Source: Thalia democratica (Eukaryota). From it: a stretch of DNA of 64,000 bases. The notes beneath the pieces are model-generated. The model was given only the letters and a program-made list of their open reading frames with translations. It did no database searches and was not told the DNA's origin. The stretch lies in NCBI GenBank assembly GCA_965202585.1, contig OZ241834.1:7502001-7566000 (forward strand), written 5' to 3'. How positions within the stretch are numbered: position 1 is the first letter of the stretch; every line of letters starts with the position of its first letter. Positions 23,427 through 36,370 of this stretch are shown in pieces. The position numbers were made by a program, and so were the translations under genes.

Positions 23427-25980
23427 TTTGTAAGAAGGCAAGAAAATCTTTATTTAAACATTTTGTTTACGTACAAGCTGTCTTTGTTTATACATTTAGT
23501 TTTATTAAGTAAAATTAAAACTATTTTTCTCAACTTTTTTTAAATAATATTAATATAGTTTTTTGTCTTAACTAAAAAATATTGCTCATTTAGTGAAAAT
23601 TAAACAGCTTATTTAAATAAAAATGTTATTTTTGTTAAAAAAATATTTAAAAAATTTTAAAATATAGTTTAATCACCAAAACTAAATAAGTTTATAAAAT
23701 AATTTAAAAATATAACTGATGTTAATAACTTATAAAGATAACAACAGTTGTAATAATTTTATAAAAAATTTCACATAATTTTTGATAAGCATTTTAAATA
23801 TATAAGAAAGTAACATGATGTTGTTTTGATTTATTATTTTTTTACAAATCACATACTTGATAAAATATTTCTATAAGTATTTGACACTAAGCTACAAATT
23901 AAGCATTGTTACTCGTTTATACAAAAAAAAATTACTCAATAACTTAATAATTGTGTTGTATTATAAGCTGTTTTACTTAATACTATTGTAATTTTTTAGT
24001 AAGTTTGGTACTCACTTTATTGTCATAATATCTTTTATATTTAAATTTATTTTTGGTTTTCTATTTTTAAATCCCTTTTGTACTAAAAAATAGAAAACAG
24101 AAAACTTCAAATTTGTAAATTTTAAATTGTACTCTAAATAAAATAATAACTTTTAAGTGTATTTTAGTGTTTATATTTATTTATAACTTTGTGAACTAAT
24201 TTAATTAAACAAATATCTTTTAAGTAGTAAAAACATCAGTCTCATTTATTCATCAAGAAATACAAACATTTTTAAGTTAAAGAAAGTGTGTAACATTACA
24301 TGTAAAACTAACTGAACTTTTGCAATTTTTTAAACTAAATTAATTGAAAAATAAATACCTTCTATTTTTCAATAAAAATTAGTTTAACAAACGCTTAATT
24401 GTCAAAAAAAAAACAAAGTTTGGAACAATCATGAAGCTCAAATCCCAAAAGAAGTATTTGTAGACTTTGTGACAAAACACATTAACAATTGAATTATATG
24501 ATAATTTCCATTGAAAATATCTAATGATCAGCTGTTTTTTTTAAAGGTAGAAAAACATCAGAAGAAACCCACACTCCCCTCTACAACACTAAATGTTGTA
24601 TGTTAAACAAACCAATACCAAAAAGAAAGCACAAAATTCTTTATAAGTATTCAGCCAACAAATTATTACAAAAAAGCATGCAAAAAATTCATTAACATGA
24701 AGTTTAAAACAAAACTTTAACTTTTATCTTTTCTGTTAAAAAAAACATATACTGTCTGAAACTAATACAGTGTGATAGTAGGTACACTTACAACATTATT
24801 TTAAACAACTAATTAAAAAAACCTTGTAAGTATTTGCCAAATTATGGGTAACCAAGCAATTTTTTTCAGTTAAATATTTCAGCTTTTACTTTTGGTTAGT
24901 TTAATGTAATTTCTAAAGGGGTAGGTAGAATTACACTTGATGTAAATTACTTGCATAACCTTCAAAAAATGTTTATTGTATTAAAGGGCAGAGTTAGACT
25001 GATGTTTTTCTACCAAAAAAAAAGTGTTTAATCTTGCAACATTCAACTCATGGAAAACCAGGTTATCAAGTCACACATTCTGCGTCAATTCACAAATAAA
25101 TTAAGTTTTAATTTTAGTAAACCAGTTTTTTTAAATAAAGGGTTTTATGCAGAAAAAGCAGGCACACAAAAACTATGTCTGATTAGTCTTATTTGGTACA
25201 AGCAGTTAGTTTTAAGTAGCACTCAGTAGAAAGAAGATATAAAATGACTTAAAAACGTTAACAACTATAGTAAAATAAGAACATTAAAAAATTACTACAT
25301 GGCAGTTTAGATTTGCCCACAACACTTTCTATATTGCTTTGATAAAATCAAAAAGGGTTTGGCTAAAAATGTTGTTTACTATTTGCAATAAGTATTGTAA
25401 ACATCTCTGTTTCCAAAAACAAAACTTAAAATTTGATAAATACATCACTTATTTACTTCAACTCTAAAAAACTATAGACAAGTTTTTAAGATTAAGAATT
25501 TTTTTAAAGACAGCGAAATACAACTCTTATCTTAATCTAACTTTAGCATGAGAAAAAAATATTGAAACTTCATTTATAAATATAAAATAATCTACATAAA
25601 CTTCTTTAAATTTTTTTTTAATTACTATATGCTTGCAGAAAACCAGTGATGTTTATCATTTCTGTTTAGTCTTTTTCAACTATTAAGCTTCAGAACTGTA
25701 TATACATACTTAAACAAGAAATATAACTGTAACAAAATAAACACACACACGAAAAACTTAATGCAGAAAATAATCACTACTCTGTATAAGATAAAACTAC
25801 CAAAGTGTTTGTGTGCTTAACTGGTATGAAGTAATTGCAAAAAGCCAATTTTTGATGTGATAAATTTTTTTAATAATAACTTACAAATGTTCTTTAAAAC
25901 TTATTCTACTAGTTTTAACATACTGTATATACAAGAAATGTTTGTTTATTAAAAGTTTTTTTCGTGATAGAACTTAAGAG

Positions 25981-26030
25981 TTTACACCTGATGACCACAC
26001 ACAGCTAATACAGCGAAACATTTGTAAAAT
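25981..26030 (+). ncRNA. Degenerate hammerhead-like motif (possible solo PLE pLTR remnant)
   Basis: CTGATGA…GCTAATACAGC-GAAA-CATTTG-TA has core nucleotides and stem III in the right order, but stems I and II are mismatched. Confidence 0.3.
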
Positions 26031-29000
26031 ACGATAAACAAAGAAATGTGCAGTTAATTTTTGAAATTTATACAACTTAAGCATTTCGTTTTGTTTAATT
26101 AATTAAATTCTAGCTAAAACTTTCTCTTTAACTGAAATTTTACTTTTTACAATTTTTTTGATAAAAAACATGTATTAGTAAAAAAAAAAAAATTATCAGA
26201 AATATTTTAAACAAGCTTAAACTTAACTTTAAAAAAAGCTTTTTGTATTGCGAATTTTGTTATGTATACTTTAAGAGCTTAACATATTGAAAAAACACAA
26301 GTAATCTTTTAAAATAATTAATATACTAAGTTTGGATGTTTAATTTTTAATTTTGGATATTTTTATAACTTTTTTGATCTAAAAATATTAAAATTTATAT
26401 TCATAAAAAAAATTCATCCCAAAATAAATAAAAATGTCAACTAGCAGTCATCGCTTGTGTCTGATCTGAATAAGTTGACGTTTAAGATTTAAAGCATAAA
26501 GCTATAAATAATTGAGTAATATTTATAGTTTTTTTTTCCAATTTTATCATTTAATTTAGTTCATTTCAAACATTTTTGTTTGTATGCACGAAATGTATAG
26601 TTTTGTTCGGGTATATTGAGTTAAATTCGATAAAAACTTTACTGAAATTTTTTTATAAAACTCATAGTTTGATCTAACTAACCAAAAAATATTTACTACA
26701 GTAAAAAATGCAATGTTTTTCTTATAAAATATACTGTATCTGGTTTAATTAGATTATAATACTTTATTTTATAACATTGAATATTTTTATTCCTGACATA
26801 AAAGGTTTTAATATAAAATACTTATAATAGTTTTTTTTTTAGTTTTTACCGTAAATACTTGAAAAAAAGCATCAGAGTTGTATGAAATATTTTCAAATAA
26901 TGCATTTCTTTTTTAATAATTTCTTATTGTCTTTGTGAGTTTTATTTTTTTACTACATTAGCTTTTTTTGCAATAAAAAAAATCTACTAGAAAAATAAAA
27001 TAGTTAAGTTGAACAAAAATAATACCAAATTAATAAAATATCTAGAAGCTACAATAACAAAATGAGCTCTAAAATCAGTCAAGTATTAGTTTTTATAAAA
27101 ATAATTTCAAAAAGTGATGAAGTTATTTTAAATTAACTTCCCTATCCTTATTAAACGACTTGTACTTTCAAACTAAATCAGTTTAAAAAAGGAAAAAGGA
27201 AAGAAAAGTTGTCCAAGACAATGCTGTGTTATGTTAAGGTCGGCTAGAAAAGTAAACAACTTGAATTTGTTGTTGAAACCAATTTAAAATTTGTCGTTTA
27301 CAAAATTATGTCCTTGAAGCGCTTGTTAAATTTCGGCAGTTTGTAAACTGTTTAATAAAAAAGTTGTTTAATAAACAATCAAGTACTTTTAAGAGAATAA
27401 ACTTAAACTTAACATATATGAAATCTAAAAACAACTAATTTTACAACGTAATACTTCAGAAAAATACTAAATTTTAGGTTGTATGTATGTTATAAATGTT
27501 AATTTTCTGAACTAAAAAGACTATAACACAAACTACTTACGTTGTAGAACATAATTTAGAATTACTACTTTTCTAATGCAGAAATAAGAAATATATAACA
27601 AAAAACTGCTAAAAACACGTTTGCTTAAGTTGAAAAGTATCTTATAAAATTTATGTAAATAATTAATGAACCGTTCATCTTTTTTCTTTTGTGGTTTGAC
27701 ATAGTTCCTTGTCAACTTAATTTATCACTTTTAAAGGTAACAAGGATGTGATTTAATTTCAAAATGTCTATTACATTGCATTTTTTGCTTTAGTTTTTTT
27801 TTATTAAAAGTCTAAAAAAGCACAATTTTAAAAGCTTAAATTTTTACTTAGATGTAGTTTAAATTTTTTTTGATTAATTTGAATTGTTTTTAGTTTAACT
27901 TTTTTGTTAGTTCAATTTCGAAGGTTAAATTTGATGAAGTTAAATTGAATTAAAATTTAAAAAATAATGTTATTTAGATTTTATTTCAAATTCTAAAAAC
28001 ATAAACAAAGTACGAAGGCTTGCTTCATAGTTCATACACAACAAAAGTTATGCAAATAAAGCAGAATAAACTAAATTTTCAAATTTAAACTACACTTTCT
28101 TGTTGTAGTTAATTCAAGTGTATTACAAAAATGTAACTACTTTTTTTTTTAATTCCTCCTGCAAGAGAAAAATTAAACAAATTTTTTTTTTAATAGTTTA
28201 AAGTAAAATACATAAGTTAAACTCACCAAACAAATCTATATATTTCACAGAAGTATAAATATTTGCTTTTCTTTTGTATTTGAAAGAAGGGATTTTTCAG
28301 AACGGTAGTGCACAAGTTTAGTTTCTTATTGTTAATATAATAGACTTTATTTGTTATAAACAAACACACATGTGGTTATAAATTACTGTTTTAGTCGTTT
28401 GATAATGGTTATTAGTATTTTACAAGTATCATGTTATTAAATACTTATTTAAGCTACACAAAGCTTTAGATTTTAAGACTCTTTATATAAAACATTTTTT
28501 GTTTCTATTTTTATAAAGCCTTGTGTATATATTGAAATAAACATTTATAGTAGGTGTCGACTGTCGACGGCCTTTATAAGTATAATATTCTCTCGTGATA
28601 CTCTTAATATCAAATCCAAGGTAGATTTTGTGAAAAAATACGCCAGGTTCAGACCTAGGCTTCCATTAGCTTTTTATAGGCATACTTATTATTTACTCTT
28701 TCTACAGATCTACATTGTGCATAGTTCCAATTAACCAACTCTTTTAACATTAAAAAGCTGTAACATTACAAAGTTTTAAGTGAATTTTTATTAGTAAATA
28801 TTTACATATATAAAACTACACCTTAAAAAGTTTCAACAAAAACAAATATTTTGTTTTTAGAACATTATATTACTAAATAAATGTATATTTAGCAGCTTTT
28901 GTTAAAATATAAACTACAATAAGATAAAAACTCATTGTTTTTATGTTTAAACCATAGTGCAAAAATATACGTCAGAACAACGTAATGGGCCGGAAATCAT

Positions 29001-30361
29001 TCATGGTAAAACATGATAAAACGTTTGCAGATTGACGATTTCACGTTTTTTGGTTGCGATGATTGACAAGTTTCAACGAAAACAAAACTTGGGTTTCAGT
29101 CTACCGAAAGCTTGTGGTCTGATGATCTAAGTGGTATGATTAAACACTTACTGAATTGCTAAACAAATAAAATTTCGTCGTTTGAATGTTAAATACTTAT
29201 TGAAGCATTAGTATAATATAATATGTTACTGTTAGTAATTAATATAAAAAAGTAGCTTTTTCTCGATTGGTGGTGGAAAAAAGCAAATAGTAATGAAATT
29301 TTATAGAAATCAAAGCTAATAATGGTAACAAAACTAAACTTCCAACAAAACACTATGAAAATTAAAAATTAATTGTTAGCTAATGTGGATTATTATTTAA
29401 TGTCCTAAAGAAATAAAAAGAATAAAACAATAAGTAGCAGTGGCTAAACCTAAACAAAAAGGATGAAATATTTTTTATGTTTCCAGATTTTAAAATAAAG
29501 CATTTCTAATATCACAATAAATATGTTTTTTAAACATTTGGTAAATACGAATGAGCTGTATGAGCTAAACACAATCTTAAACCGGTGCAATAAAATTTGC
29601 AGTAGTCTGTTATTAAACTAATATTTTAGATATCTTTTTAGGTTTAAAAAACAAAGTTTTAATAATGGTCTGTTTGAAAGTTTATTTAATCTGAGATTAT
29701 ACACAAAACCCTACTATTTTTTTACGTTTGACCATTTTGTTTAATTTATAAAATTTAATAGTTTTACAGTTTGACTAGAGTTTTTCATAGTTATCGACAA
29801 AAACGTTTACTTTTTATTTGAAAAGTTTATATTACCCCTCTGATTTAATATAGTTTAGCTAAGTATTTTATATTGAAGAGTATCTTGCATAGTTATCGTA
29901 TAGTACGTTGTTGTAGTTGTTTTAGTGAAATAGTCTATTTTTGCCGTTTTAGTTTGCGCCTCCCATAAGGAACCTATTGTCGCCTCCAACTTTGACCGGC
30001 TATATCTCAAAAATTATTTAGATTTTTTTAAATCTGTAAAAATTATTTTGTAGCTTAGTAAAAACTATATAAATTAAGATCAAAAACCAAAAAAGAGCGT
30101 TTACCTATGCCCTTAATACACAATTCTATTAATTTATGCAATGTAAATTAAATTTCCAAAAGTTTTTTTTGATAACAAAGGACTAAAAAAGTAGAGATTA
30201 AAAGCAGAAAAGGTACCAGCCTGTTTTTGTTCTATTATTAAAAAATTCAATCTGTGCACAAAAAATAGTATTGATGTTTAACTACTTGTTTAACTGATTG
30301 TTTTATTTAAATGTTTAAATGATAAAAAAATAAATCTAATTGCTCGTAAGAAATTTTATAA

Positions 30362-30453
30362 GCATGTGGTGTACGACTCGATAACCGAAAGGTTCCTTTG
30401 TACACCAGGTCCTTAGACTAAACTTTTTGAGCGCTTTTTTTATCGTTCAAAAG
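30362..30453 (+). repeat. Dispersed ~90-bp two-hairpin repeat, copy A
   Basis: TGGTGTACGA-CTCGATAACCGAAAGGTTCCT-TTGTACACCA hairpin enclosing AACC-GAAA-GGTT, then a TTTTGAGCG…CGTTCAAAA hairpin. Homologous to 1586-1674. Confidence 0.8.
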
Positions 30454-31361
30454 AAAAAAATAGTCAGAATTAATTGAATATTCGGCTTGAAAAAAAAGAA
30501 TAATCGAAAATCTAAATACAAAAAAACAACTTCTTGTAGTAAAACAACTAGTAAAAACAAACCAAAACAACAACCAAAAATTTAATAGCTTATATTTAGT
30601 TTATTCTAAAGAAGTTACAATTATATATATTTTCCTAAAGCATCTTAATCTCCAGTTAGATGAATTACAGTTTATAATGAAAAAACTATCTTTAGGCAAC
30701 AAGAAACATAAGTTTTAGAAATCTTTTTTGGAATATTTATGGTCTGAACTTTAAAGTGTTTAAGTATGTTTTACTTTCAATTTACTTTTTAATTTTCTTT
30801 TTTTTACTTTACCTTATGAAATTAAAAGCGATTTGCCAGCTTAAATGTTAACAAAAAAGTATTCAATTACTGAAATCCGTCGCCTCTTTTACCTTTTTTC
30901 TTATCATTATTCACTGATCTGTTAAAATCACCTAAAAGAGGGAGATATCATTCTTTTGGGAAAATTTTGGTTTTAATATTTAAACTAAATTAAGTCTTTA
31001 AGCACATCAACTCATACAAGTTGTTTTTAGTTACATCTAACTTATTAAGAAGTATTTTTAAACATTAAATGGTAGTTATACATGAAATTACTTATCAAAC
31101 TTTTTTTTTCTTTGTAAACTTAGTATACTTTTTGCTCTTAGATAACCACTTTAAACATTAAATACACTTACTTCAGAACAATAAATAAACCAGTACACTT
31201 ACAACAATATAGCAAGTATTAAGTTTTAAGAAAATTTGACAAAACAATTTTTTCTTACGTTTATTTCATTACAATATATTTTCCATTTAAAATTTCCCTT
31301 TACTAATAACCTTCGGCCGCTCAATCAGTTTGAATGTAGAATAAAAACAACAAAAACGGCT

Positions 31362-34300
31362 TCATTTTTTCTCCTGAGCCTTCGACTCCTGCTCCCGTAT
31401 CACTTCGCTGAGGTCCATCATGAAAACGCGGATTCTGTTCAGTTTGGCGATGGTGGTCAGTTTTTTGCTGACGAATGGAGTGTTGTCCTTGTCAACAAGG
31501 AGTGACTGGTTCTTGGCGACGGCAGCGAACATGCTGTCGGTGGAAGCCTTCAGCTTGCCTAAGAGCAGGTTGTGCTTGTTCGTTTGTTTCTGAAAAAGAG
31601 TTGGTTTTTGCTTAAAACTTTTCTAAGATTTATTATAGTTTTTCAACATCGTCTTTAAGGTTATTGTTTACACGTACCTTATAATTACTTTTTTTGCAGT
31701 AAGTTTGATGTAACATGGAAACTAGCAAGAAAAAAATACGAGTGCTTTGAATAGTAGAAGGTCGCTATCGGTAAAAGTAAGGAAAGTTAAAAAAAGGTCG
31801 TTGTTGTTTAATTTTTAAATACTTCTTAATGTTTATAAATAATAAAATTTTGAGTTTAATTTGGTTTAAGCTCAAAACTATTTAACAATAGTGCAAAAAA
31901 AAAACCGTAAATAGGTAAAAAATAAAGCTAAAGCACTGAAGAATATGGTATTTGCAAGTATTTTTTTTCTTGTTTGCATAACAAATATAAAATATTGGTA
32001 TTCATAGATGCGAAACTTTTTTTTTGAAATTTACCAGTTTAAATTTTACTAATGTTTCGGTATTTTTTAAATAAACCTTATAAAATCTGTTAACTTAAAC
32101 TGACAAGCTGTTGCATTACTTTTATTATAAACTTTCCATTTCTACTGAAAAAATTTATTTTGATATATATATAATATGAAAAAAAACTAGTAGAAATTTT
32201 ATAACTTTATAAATAAATTACTTGTACTTCAGCGCATTTTCCCTCCCAGTCTGCTGCATTGCTCTTCGCTTTATCCAGTCTTTCCTGCAACCTTGCTATT
32301 TCGTTGTTGTACTCCTGAATTTCGTTTTCTTTGCTCTTTTTGTACCTGCAAATTGAGTAAATACTTAGGTATTATATCATTAGTTTATAAACTACAAAAC
32401 TAAATGTCATTACATATATTTTTTTTCCGGTGTAATGTAAACAAATATAGCACATTGTAAATAGCCTACTTTGAAACTTAACTTACTCAATTGTCTATTT
32501 ACGCAATCCGTCTAAAAAACTTGTTAGTCAAGTTCAAAGCTAATGAGTTTAGTAAGTTTTGGTTTGAGATGTAACGTAATAAGGTGTTGAACCCTAGGGA
32601 TACAAACTAGCAGAGCCAATTGGAAAATTAAAACAACTGTTTCATAGTCAAAACACTTTTTGAAATGTTACTCTGTAGAGTTGTTCATACTTTATTAACA
32701 GCGATACGTCGTAAGTGAAATAAAATATTTGCGTACAAAAGCAGCTCTTTTAAATATTAGATTTAAGTATCAAAATTTTGAAACATTATTACAATTTATG
32801 TTTAATAAAAAGGCAACTTTACAACAAACAAAATTGCTCACACACCTGGCCAGTTGAGCTTTTTTAGCAATCAGACGTTCTTGTTTCCTCTCGTCTTTCT
32901 CGTGAAGTTTCACCTGCGTCGCCACCAGCGTGTCATATCTCTTTATGACGTCACTCATGTCGAAGAAACCTTCGCTGTTCGCCAGAACCTTGTCCATGTA
33001 ATCCTGGTACACCTGAGTTGAATTTATTTCATTGTTAGAATATTTGTTTCCGTTTAGTTTTAAACCAAAAAACATTATTTAGAACCATTGTATTACTTAT
33101 GTTAATACAATGAATATTATTTTTCTAATTTCAAATTCAAAGTGTTAATTATGTGCTTATCATCAGCATAAGCTTAAAGGCACTTAGTTCTATTTTAAAC
33201 TTTGAAATACTTTATATTTATTTAGTTCGAAACTTTGCAACTATTGACTTGTATTAATATCAAGTCATTAAACATTATAAACAATTTCAGTTTAGTATAA
33301 ACTTCCTTTTAAAGTTCTTAAAGCAGTATAATAATTTCAGAGCTTTACTTTTTGAAAATATAGACATCTTTTTTGCTTGTATCATTGGTTTTATTAATTT
33401 TTCAATAACTTTTGTTACTAAAGAATTAAAAAACACTAGTAGTATTACTGCCAGACTTTTACAAAGCATTTTATTTTAAATACTGTTTTCAAAAAGTAAT
33501 ATTCTTCGTAATATTCATTCTAAAAGTCTTACTTCATTTTTATTAATTTTTTCTTTGTATTTATCTGACTCTTTTTGAACTTCCTTAACATGGATTTTCA
33601 GCTCAGAAATTTTTCTTTGATTTGCAATTCTTTTTTTGCGTTCTTCTTTGGTTTTTTTCGATATAAGTTCAGTTTTTTTGATACTTTTTGTCATAAAGTT
33701 GTGATATTTCACTCCTGATGATTGTAAACCATCCATCCTTTTATCCAACTGAGAGTCTGAATATTTGCAATTAAATTTTTTTTAAATGAAGAGTTTCCAA
33801 AAAAATACTTTTTTATTCAAAAGGCCATTTTTAATTGAACAAACGCTTTTAAAATAAGAACGTTTTTTTACGAGTAAGTAAAAAAAGATAGTTAAAAGTT
33901 GCAAATGTTTTGATCAGTTTTTCACCAAGATATGGTTTAAGTAAGTTTATTTAAAGTAACATTTTTTAGTGTAATATTCATAATTTCAAACCAACTTATG
34001 TATTATAAAGAAATATAAAGCAATAATAAAGATGTTTGCCTTTGAGAATTAGAGCAAAATGCAAATAATATTTCTAGAACTTTTAACAGAAAGTAAAATT
34101 ACAAAATATATTTAAGTTACTTTGTTGTAGAATTATTTTTATACTGTCAATTTTGTAAGTCACATTACCTTTGTATGCGAAAAATCCCATCTTGTTATCA
34201 AATTGCTGTATTTTTGAATCAAACTCTTTTTTCAACTGTAAAGTCACAAAAAGTACTGTTATCAAAAACAATTTATTTGAACACAGCCTAATTTACTGTT

Positions 34301-34491
34301 CACAAAAATTTAGAGTAACAGACAAATAAGTTTTACTTGAAGTTTCTTACCTTGGATAGTGTGAGAAATTGTTTCAAGTCGTTTGTTTGCCGGCACATCA
34401 TGCTTGGTATTTGTTCAGGTGTTTCAAATTTTTCGTGGTAATAGTTTTTGAAAAATAAACTTAAATCCTTGCTTTGGATTTGGGCATTCAT
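31362..34491 (-). CDS. CCDC42: CCDC42/CFAP73-family (DUF4200) cilia/flagella-associated coiled-coil protein (316 aa, 6 exons)
   Basis: Exons 34491-34351, 34235-34169, 33756-33533, 33012-32846, 32345-32222 and 31589-31362 total 951 nt, in phase, GT-AG. Family-like segments: VYQDYMDKV…SDVIKRYDTL, ENEIQEYNNEIARLQERLDKAKSNAADWE, LLLGKLK…RIRVFMMDLSEVI. Orthology to CCDC42 versus CFAP73 is not resolved. Confidence 0.85.
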
Positions 34492-36056
34492 CTTCTTGTT
34501 AAAAGGCTTTAAACTTTTTGCTTGTGACTTTGCGTTATCTTTGCTTTGCGTTGACTTAGTTTTGTTAGTATTTCTAATGGCATGTGTTATAACATTTCAG
34601 ACAGAAAAAATGACGTAACAATTAAAATTGAATATTTTAAAATACTTGATTGTTACAAGTTGTAAACGCTCTTAAAATTTAGAGTAAAAACTTTTTCATA
34701 CAATCTAAAACTTATATTCTGAGTCTAATTTATAATTTATACAGTTAAATAAAGTATTAAAAAATTCCTATTTTCTATCATCTTTAAGACTGTTGATCAC
34801 CTTTAAATTACTTTACATACTTCTAAAAGAACAGAACTAGTATAAAACCTGATACAAACTTTGCTTTGGGACTTTAAAGATACTTTATGTTGTATGTCTA
34901 TATATAATTTATTTAAAAACTTCTTTTGAAAAATATACAAGAAAAACACGCTAAACTTTAGTTTTTCCATCTCAAAAGAACTAATAAATGTTAAGTATAT
35001 TTTTTTGTTATTTAATTGAAAGTTGTGTTTTTATTAGAGGGTATACTTGCTTAAATGGTTTTTAATGATGTACAAAAAAAATAAGTTAAGCAACTTGTTA
35101 AAACTTGATAAAATTTCATTAACAAAAGCTTAACAAAGCTAAGTTATAAGTATACAATAATGTTTCAATGGTGTTTTGAAGTTTTTATATTTCCAAAGAA
35201 CTTGACTGCTTGACAAGATATTTTTAAATCAGAATGTTAATAAGAATGTTCTTTTGTTATAAATTTTAATCCTGGTTATATATAAATATATATTTCTTAC
35301 TAAATAAAAAGTTTTACTTTCAATACAAACTTTCAAACCTATTTATTTGTTGACAAGTTTCTAATTTTTTTTAGCCATAGCCGATAAAGTATGCTATATA
35401 GATTATAGACAATACATAAACTATATAAAAGTATTAGTCTTGTTTTTACACTTTTCATAACTTTACGCTGTTTTGTTAATTTTAGTTTTAGGTTTTTTAG
35501 CTTTGAACTTAAAACTAGCAAATTTAAGCTTTTCATAACAAGTATTTACAAATTTGTAGTAGTGCTGGTTATTTAGTTATAAGTTCATTAAAGTTTTGTT
35601 TTAAAAGAGTTTAATTATCTTTTTGTATTGATTTTATTAGTTTAGGTTGCCTATAAATGTTTTCTTATACAAATTCGCACAGGGTTTCCCAATGTTAGTG
35701 ATATCGCCTTAGTTATTATTTTATCTATCAGGGGCTATAAGTATTAAAAATACATAAAAAAGGGCCAGTTTTGGTTTTATTCATTTTTTGCTCGTTTTTA
35801 CAGGAATTTTAAGTTTATTTTTTATATTTTAAAACTATGTAAGTCATATTATATATATTCTCATAAAATATTAAGTATAAAAATAAGTCTATATCGAAAA
35901 TTTATAAAAGCTATAGTTGTGCAGTTACTTTGTAAAAAACAGTTTAGTATGTTTCAGCATTATAATTTAGAATTAATTATTTAGTGTCAAAGTTATTGTA
36001 ATTAAAATGGAATACATTGCATTTATTAACTAGAAATAAGATGCAAATATCAAGAC

Positions 36057-36370
36057 CGGGTAAGATTTCACGGCGTCAATATTGCACGAGGTGTTTTTTT
36101 AGCACGGTACGTCACTTTAGCACGATGGGTCACTTTTGAACGGTGCGTCACTTTGGCACGATGGGTCTCTTTTGAACTGTGCGTCACTTTGGTACGGCGT
36201 CACTTAAGCACGTAGTGTCTTTTTTTCACACCGTCACTTTAGCACGAATCGTAATTTTAGCACGATGCGACACTTCTGCACAGCGTCACATTATCACAAA
36301 GTGTCATTTTAGCACGACGGATCACTTTGCACGGCGTCAGTATAGCACCGAGCGTCATTTTTGCACCGTT
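36057..36370 (+). repeat. Minisatellite array, ~18 units of 15-18 bp (TT(A/T)GCACG…CGTCACT)
   Basis: Repeating TTAGCACG/TTGCACG alternates with GCGTCACT. A partial 36-bp higher-order period is visible at ~36117-36188. Probably a transposon subterminal array. Confidence 0.85.

Noticed and set aside
28550-28740. Mildly GC-rich patch with tandem GTCGAC and a ~60-codon open frame
   Set aside because: No ATG, no recognisable domain and no in-phase partner exon.
29100-29150. CGAAA…CTGATGA as a circularly permuted hammerhead
   Set aside because: Stems I-III cannot be formed.
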